From: Fibrobacteria bacterium
Lineage (GTDB): Bacteria > Fibrobacterota > Fibrobacteria > UBA11236
Length of the DNA stretch: 64,000 nucleotides
Direction of reading: 5' to 3'
NCBI GenBank assembly: GCA_041746255.1
Contig: JBGTHM010000115.1
Span: forward strand, 64,620-128,619
This document shows, in pieces, positions 58,458 through 64,000 of the stretch. The position numbers and the translations under genes were made by a program. Below the pieces are notes generated by a model. The model worked only from the letters and a program-made list of their open reading frames with translations, was not told where the DNA came from and did no database searches. The number at the start of each line of letters is the position of its first letter. Position 1 is the stretch's first letter.

Positions 58458-59143
58458 ATAAGAAGATTGTTATCGGTGTCCTTGCCATAGCCGCCTTGTT
58501 TCTGTTGTACCGCTTTCTTCCCATCCAGGAATGGCTGTCGGCGGCCATCGAAGGATATCGGGGTCTGGGAGCGTGGGGCGCGGTGCTTTTCATCCTCACC
58601 TACGTGGGCTTGAGCCTATTGCTGATGCCCGGTTCGGCCTTGACCATAGCCGCAGGAGTTCTCTACGGCTTCGTGCAAGGCTACCTGGTGGTGGCCGCAG
58701 CTTCGCTTATCGCCGTGGCCCTGGCTTTTCTATTGGCCAAAAGCCTCTTGCGTTCGAAAGTGGAGTCATGGGCGAAGGGTTATCCCCGTTTTCAGGCGGT
58801 GAATGAGGCGATTTCGCGGCAAGGCGCCATAGTGACCTTTCTTGTGCGCTTGAGCCCGGCCTTCCCCTTCTCCATCAGCAATTACCTGTTCGGCCTCACA
58901 CGCGTGCATTTCGGGTGGTACATGCTGGCCAATTGGCTGGGCATGGCGCCCGGCACGCTCCTGTACATCTATATCGGCATGGTCGGCAGGGAATTGACAG
59001 AAGGTGCGGGCGGTGTCGATACATTGCGCATGGTGCTATTGGGTGTCGGCCTTTTGGCGACCTTCGCGGTCACCGTCCTGGTGACGCGCATGGCGAAGAA
59101 GGCTTTGGCCGAAAAGACGAATCTGCGACCGGAAGGAACCTGA
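58454..59143 (+). CDS. TVP38/TMEM64 (DedA superfamily) membrane protein
   Basis: PGSALTIAAG, RLSPAFPF, NYLFGLT and GMAPGT. Confidence 0.9.
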   Translation: MNKKIVIGVLAIAALFLLYRFLPIQEWLSAAIEGYRGLGAWGAVLFILTYVGLSLLLMPGSALTIAAGVLYGFVQGYLVVAAASLIAVALAFLLAKSLLRSKVESWAKGYPRFQAVNEAISRQGAIVTFLVRLSPAFPFSISNYLFGLTRVHFGWYMLANWLGMAPGTLLYIYIGMVGRELTEGAGGVDTLRMVLLGVGLLATFAVTVLVTRMAKKALAEKTNLRPEGT

Positions 59144-60675
59144 TGAGCGAATCACAAAGGAAGTTGACAGGGGAGCTGGTTTCCCCCCTGGATGTACACA
59201 ACGTGACCCTGCTGCGCAATGTCCATCCAGATGATTGGAAAAACCCCGATCCAACGGGGGTATACGACATGGTGGTATTGGGAGCCGGAACAGCGGGCCT
59301 GGTAACGGCGGCCGGAGCTGCGGGCCTGGGAGCCAAGGTGGCCTTGGTAGAACGCAAGCTGATGGGAGGCGACTGCCTCAATTACGGGTGCGTGCCTTCA
59401 AAGGCGCTATTGCATTCAGCCAAGGAGGCCCACCTCCGCAAGCTTTACGGAAATTCCACCGATACCAAGGAATTTTTCCGCAAGGCCATGGAATCATTGC
59501 GCCGGAAAAGAGCCGATATTTCCTCCCACGACTCGGCGCGCCGGTTCACCGATTTGGGCATGGACGTGTTTTTGGGGGATGCACGCTTTACGGGCACGAA
59601 TACCGTCGAGGTGGGCGGAAAGATTCTTCCATTCCGCAAGGCCTGCATCGCCACCGGGGCGAGGGCATCGGCACCGCCCATTCCGGGACTGAAGGACGTT
59701 CCTTTCCTCACGAATGAAAATCTGTTCAATCTGACGGAACTCCCGGAAAGGCTCACCATCATCGGAGCGGGTCCCATCGGCGTAGAGATGGCACAGGCTT
59801 TCCAGCGTCTCGGATCGCAAGTCACCCTCATCGATGCCGGTCCCAATATTCTGGGGCGCGAAGACTCCAAGGCGGTGGCGATCCTGGAAAAACGGCTTGG
59901 GGACGAAGGTGTTACCATTCAGGTTAACGTGCAAATCGTATCGGCATCGGGCGATGACAGACGGCAGGTACTGACCTTCAAGCAAAACGGCCAGGAAATC
60001 ACCGTCGAATCCGACAAGCTGCTGGTGGCCGCCGGAAGAGCGCCCAATGTCGAAGGGATGGGCCTCGAAGCCGCCGGGGTGCGCTTCGGACGTCACGGGG
60101 TTGAGGTGGACGATAAATTGCGAACCACGAATTCCCGCATTTTCGCCTGCGGCGACGTGGCCTCGGCCTACAAATTCACGCATGTCGCCGACTTTCAGGC
60201 GCGCATCGTGATTCAAAACGCCCTGTTCTTCGGACGCAAAAAAGCGTCTTCGCTACTGGTCCCCTGGGTAACCTACACGGAACCCGAAGTAGCGCATGTC
60301 GGGCTTTATGAAAGAGACTCCGTGGAAAAAGGCCTCGAAGTCCAATCCTTCCGGCTTGATTTCAAGGACATCGATCGATCCCTGCTGGAGGAGGAAACCG
60401 ACGGATTCGCCGAAGTGCTTGTGCAAAAAGGGTCCGACAAAATCGTCGGCGCTACCATCGTCCACAACCGGGCGGGCGATATGATTTCGGAATTGACCGT
60501 GGCGATGGCGGGCGGAATCGGCCTGGGTTCCATGGCGAATGTCATTCATCCCTATCCGACGCAGGTGGAAATCATCCGCAAGCTGGGGGATCAGTATAAT
60601 CGTGGCCGGCTGACCACGGGCGCTAAAAAGCTGCTCGGACTCGTGCTGAAATTGGGAAGGCTGATTGGACGGTAG
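59143..60675 (+). CDS. Pyridine nucleotide-disulfide oxidoreductase (MerA/LpdA-like, no C-terminal Cys pair)
   Basis: GAGTAG, GGDCLNYGCVPSK, GAGPIG, GDV and HPYPT. TGATG coupling at 59143. Confidence 0.88.
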   Translation: MSESQRKLTGELVSPLDVHNVTLLRNVHPDDWKNPDPTGVYDMVVLGAGTAGLVTAAGAAGLGAKVALVERKLMGGDCLNYGCVPSKALLHSAKEAHLRKLYGNSTDTKEFFRKAMESLRRKRADISSHDSARRFTDLGMDVFLGDARFTGTNTVEVGGKILPFRKACIATGARASAPPIPGLKDVPFLTNENLFNLTELPERLTIIGAGPIGVEMAQAFQRLGSQVTLIDAGPNILGREDSKAVAILEKRLGDEGVTIQVNVQIVSASGDDRRQVLTFKQNGQEITVESDKLLVAAGRAPNVEGMGLEAAGVRFGRHGVEVDDKLRTTNSRIFACGDVASAYKFTHVADFQARIVIQNALFFGRKKASSLLVPWVTYTEPEVAHVGLYERDSVEKGLEVQSFRLDFKDIDRSLLEEETDGFAEVLVQKGSDKIVGATIVHNRAGDMISELTVAMAGGIGLGSMANVIHPYPTQVEIIRKLGDQYNRGRLTTGAKKLLGLVLKLGRLIGR

Positions 60676-60834
60676 ACTCCCACCGGTTTACATTGAAGAC
60701 CGGGGAACTTTCGACACCGAAGCCGAAGGGGTGGAGTGGATACCCGTCATTACGGTCTACACGGGTTTTGGGTGGAGTTGGGGCGTATATTATGAGGGCA
60801 TCGAAATTTATGAGCCCTAGGAGATTACCTCGAA

Positions 60835-61488
60835 ATGAAGCTAAAACACCTTTTCAACACCATTACCCTTGCGGTTGTCGTTATTGGCTTGAATACTCCG
60901 ATTGAAGGTGGAGAAGCGGCCAATTCAAACCGTGTGTTCGCCTCGGCGGAAGCAACGCAACCGCTGGCCGTAGGCGAAAAGCTTCCGGAAGTCACAATCC
61001 GGAATCTGGATGGGGCATCGCTGGGACTCTCCGAAGCGCTGGGGGGAAAACCGGCATTGCTTATGTTTTATCGGGGTGGCTGGTGCCCTTTTTGCAATAC
61101 CCACCTGGGAGAATTGGCGACGGTTCAGGATTCCCTGCTTGAAACGGGCATCCGGATTTTCGCCCTTAGCCCGGACAAGCCGGAGAAGCTCCGTGAAAGC
61201 CTCGAACAGCATGAAATTGATTACACCCTGTTGTCGGACAGTGAAATGAAGGCCGCCAAGGCCTTCGGCATCGCATTCCGCGTGGAGAAGAAAACCGTTT
61301 CCCGCTTGAAAGACCGGGGAATGGACCTGGGAGAATCCGCGGGACAGGATCATGGACTGCTTCCGGTTCCTTCGGTGTTTCTGGTGGACGCGGAAGCCGT
61401 CATCCGCTTCGTCTATTCGAATCCGGATTATCGCGTCCGCATCAATCCCGATTCGCTGATTCAAGCGGTACGGGATAACCTCAAATAA
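60835..61488 (+). CDS. Secreted AhpC/TSA peroxiredoxin-like protein
   Basis: Signal peptide, FYRGGWCPFC, LSPD, LLSD and LPVPSVF. Confidence 0.85.
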   Translation: MKLKHLFNTITLAVVVIGLNTPIEGGEAANSNRVFASAEATQPLAVGEKLPEVTIRNLDGASLGLSEALGGKPALLMFYRGGWCPFCNTHLGELATVQDSLLETGIRIFALSPDKPEKLRESLEQHEIDYTLLSDSEMKAAKAFGIAFRVEKKTVSRLKDRGMDLGESAGQDHGLLPVPSVFLVDAEAVIRFVYSNPDYRVRINPDSLIQAVRDNLK

Positions 61489-61494
61489 AATATC

Positions 61495-61765
61495 TCAATG
61501 AATAAATGATTGTGGAAGGATTGTTTCAGCCCCTTCGCCCCGGGGACCCGTTTCTTCGGAATACAGCCGGAGATGATTGGCGAATCCGAGCATGTGCTCG
61601 AAAAGCAAGCGCGCCTCCTCAAGATATTTCGGGCGGAATCGCCCTGCCCGGGTCAAGGCTTCGATCATCCAGAAAGTGCAGAAAATTGAAGGTTCCCTCT
61701 TCGGAACCATCAAGGCCATCAAGAACCTCTTTGGCGATGTAACGGTACACCAGCCCGTTGGAGAT
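61495..61765 (-). pseudogene. Frameshifted C-terminal fragment of a GH15 (glucoamylase/trehalase-like) gene
   Basis: ISNGLVYRY...[13 protein letters not shown], then a one-base frameshift near 61681, then [13 protein letters not shown]...[22 protein letters not shown]...PQSFIH. The N-terminal part is absent. Confidence 0.8.
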
Positions 61766-61891
61766 CTGCTTGGTGAGTTGGCGGTCCGGATTCAGGGTTT
61801 GGTACTGAGTAGCAGCTTCCGGTGATTAGCTGGCCATCTCAAACTGATACCCATCTGCAACCCCGCCAAGGATGGAGCTTACCTGACGGAA

Positions 61892-62501
61892 CTATGCTGT
61901 GCGCTTGCCCCCCTCGATGACCAAATAGGTATCGTCTTTCACAAACCAGGTTTTGCTCACCTCCAGCCCCGGTGCCAGTCGCAAATGTCCCAGCGTATCG
62001 CGGTCGAAACGTGCCCCATAAACCTTTTCGACAAAGGGCGCTAAGCGTTCCTGCCGCCGCCGGGCTTCAGTACACGTTCGAATTGCGAGATGGCAGCGGA
62101 TTGGAGTTCGTCGGGCATGACGCAACACATGAAAGTGGATATTGCAATATCACCCAATCTAAATGGCCTGAAAGAATAGATGTCATGAGGGTGGCATCTT
62201 CCTGCACCAGCGAAACCACGCATTTGGCTTTCCGGGAACGCCGCCGGGCCTTTTTCAACATGGCCTTGCTGAGTTCGATACCGGTCAGATTTACCGATGC
62301 AGAGTAATGCTCCAGGTTTCTTCCTGTACCCACCCCCGCCTCCAGCACGTTTCCCTCGAGGTCTCCCACAAAAGCGGGCCGCCAACGCCGGTATTGTCTT
62401 TCCCAGGGATAATCGAGCAGATCATACCACCACGCGGTCATGGCGTATTTGGCTTGCAGGGCTTTGTTGGCCGCATTTATCGAGGTGGCTTTAACCATCA
62501 T
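61892..62501 (-). pseudogene. Class I SAM methyltransferase (PmtA/phospholipid N-methyltransferase-like) broken into three frames
   Basis: VLEAGVGTGRNL...DWVI | STFMCCV...ERVLKPGG | RRQERLAPFVEKVYGARFDR...; lesions at about 62143 and 62055. Confidence 0.8.
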
Positions 62502-62524
62502 CCCAATATACCCACAAAGGACCG

Positions 62525-63862
62525 TCACGCGACAGCGGGAAGCCGGGATAGATAGCCCGCCAGGTAAAGGGGTACCTGAAAAATTCCGCTGGACTTGTCG
62601 ATAGACAGATTTTTCGCACTCAAGGTTACTCGTCGGGGTGGCTGATATTTACCGGCGAACACCCGCAGACTTTTCGACTTGGTGGCCCAACCGGATTTTA
62701 TTTCGATGGGCAGCACGATGCCGTCCCTCTCCAACAGGAATTCCACCTCCGCGGTATTCTCCCGCCAGGCGACCGGATTTCCGCTTCCCGAAACGATCAT
62801 TTCCTGCAGCGCAAAATTCTCGGCGATATATCCCTTGTAGGAGCCGAAGGAAAAATCACGCAGAACCTTGGGCGAAAGCCCGGCCAGTGATCCGAGCAGG
62901 CCGACATCGAATAGGTATAATTTGAATGCTCTCTCCTCGGCATAGGCCGTGAGCGGATGCCAAGCCTTGTTAACGATGGGGATTTTGAAGATCAACCCGG
63001 CCGCCTTCAGCCAATCGATGGCTCCGGCCAGTCGCGCATACCCTTGTATTCCCGGAACCACTCCCTTGAATCTGAATTTGGGAGCGGATCCGTCCAGGGT
63101 CCTGGCCAATTGCGCCGGTACATTGCTCCACACTCTTTCAATGTGCATGGAATTAACCTTGCCTGCATGCTTCGCCACGTCGGCAAGATAAGCGATGGTA
63201 AGATCGCGCTGTTTTTTTCGTACCTCCTCATAAGCCTTTAAAGTGTCCTTTTGCAATTTTGCATAAGTGGAAACGGCCTCCGGCAATCCTCCCACGATAA
63301 AGTAGGTCTTTAACATCTCCCATAAGTGACGGTGCACCACTTCCGGCAAGTGATCCTTGAAGTCAAACTCTTCGAGAAAGCGATAAGACTTGTCGTCGCC
63401 TATTCCCAGCAAAAATTCGGAAAACGACATGGGATGCATATCCAAAAATTCAACCTTGCCGACGGGAAAGTTGCTCTCCGCAAGGTGAAGGCCCAGCAAG
63501 GAACCGGCACCTGCCAAGGAAAGGCCCGGGAGATTCTCGACAAAATATTTGCAAGAAGTGATGGCCTTGGGTATTTCCTGAATTTCATCGAAAATCAGAA
63601 AATCCCTTTCGGGATTTATAGTGCGGTTAAGATGAAAGCCGATTTCCCGGAGGATACGCTCCGGCTGCAAATCCAGTTCGAATATCGCGGCCAGCCCCGG
63701 CATTTCTTCAAAATTGAGGTAGTCAGTCTTTTCATAACCCGCCGCACCAAACGCCTGTAGCGCAAAAGTCTTTCCCACCTGGCGCGCACCGGTCAAGAGC
63801 AACGGCTTTCGCTCCTTTTTTACCTTCCATGCTTCCAATTCGGCTAAAATATGGCGTTTCAT
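62525..63862 (-). CDS. AAA-family ATPase with C-terminal DUF4143 domain
   Basis: GARQVGKT, FDEIQ, GGLPE, KLYLFDVGLL, ENF and EVEF...PIEIKS. Confidence 0.9.
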   Translation of the reverse strand: MKRHILAELEAWKVKKERKPLLLTGARQVGKTFALQAFGAAGYEKTDYLNFEEMPGLAAIFELDLQPERILREIGFHLNRTINPERDFLIFDEIQEIPKAITSCKYFVENLPGLSLAGAGSLLGLHLAESNFPVGKVEFLDMHPMSFSEFLLGIGDDKSYRFLEEFDFKDHLPEVVHRHLWEMLKTYFIVGGLPEAVSTYAKLQKDTLKAYEEVRKKQRDLTIAYLADVAKHAGKVNSMHIERVWSNVPAQLARTLDGSAPKFRFKGVVPGIQGYARLAGAIDWLKAAGLIFKIPIVNKAWHPLTAYAEERAFKLYLFDVGLLGSLAGLSPKVLRDFSFGSYKGYIAENFALQEMIVSGSGNPVAWRENTAEVEFLLERDGIVLPIEIKSGWATKSKSLRVFAGKYQPPRRVTLSAKNLSIDKSSGIFQVPLYLAGYLSRLPAVA

Positions 63863-64000
63863 GCAAAATCCGGTTCATGGTGACCGGCTAATCCGATTCA
63901 AAGTGACCGGCCGATCCGGTTCAAGATGACCGGTTCGGACGATTGACCCGAGGGTGAAAATCCGGTTCAAAGTGACCGGTTTTCGTCCTTCTCAATCCAG
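63862..64000. mobile_element. Terminus of a probable IS21-family insertion sequence (continues beyond the window)
   Basis: Begins TGCA, then four ATCCG(G/A)TTCAnnnTGACCGG units at 63868, 63891, 63914 and 63960 (spacing 23, 23, 46), the multi-repeat end architecture of IS21 elements. No transposase is visible in the window. Confidence 0.75.

Noticed and set aside
59143..60675. merA (mercuric reductase)
   Set aside because: No C-terminal Cys-Cys, no N-terminal HMA domain and no mer genes nearby.
60676..60834. Minus-strand peptide YPLHPFGFG resembling a GH3 motif
   Set aside because: Too short and without supporting flanking similarity; could be chance.
63868..63979. Four ~20-bp repeats as a CRISPR array
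   Set aside because: Gaps are 3, 3 and 26 nt rather than uniform spacers, the units vary, and no cas genes are present. The layout fits an IS21 terminus.

Overview
Bacterial chromosomal window, gene-dense. The taxon cannot be fixed from sequence alone; the gene content is compatible with a Gram-negative Fibrobacterota-like lineage (inference). Left part: the end of a pentapeptide-repeat gene, an aminotransferase, then a sigma54-type promoter with IHF-like sites ahead of a predicted trans-envelope signalling cluster (secreted proteins, TPR/outer-membrane protein, TPR lipoprotein, Ser/Thr kinase, FHA-GAF-sigma54 activator). Housekeeping genes follow (mtgA, hisA, pyrB, prkA-yeaH-spoVR, dapL). 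About 19.4-38 kb is a glycosylation island: pseudaminic acid genes (pseB, C, G, I, an SpsF-like cytidylyltransferase, a formyltransferase where pseH usually sits), an amidotransferase-HisF-HisH trio, TPR-glycosyltransferases and methyltransferases. The most notable locus is 46.7-52.1 kb, a 4-gene operon: a UDP-sulfoquinovose synthase (SqdB) fused to a class V PLP C-S lyase, a cysteine dioxygenase-like enzyme, a Wzx-type flippase and a GT2. It may be a self-contained cysteine-to-sulfosugar pathway. It converges on an ArsR-preceded pstSCAB operon with an operator-like palindrome. The right end is decaying (two pseudogenes, a possible IS excision footprint) and stops inside the terminal repeats of an IS21-like element. 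No rRNA, tRNA or CRISPR array was recognised. Family calls come from motif recognition by eye, not from database searches.
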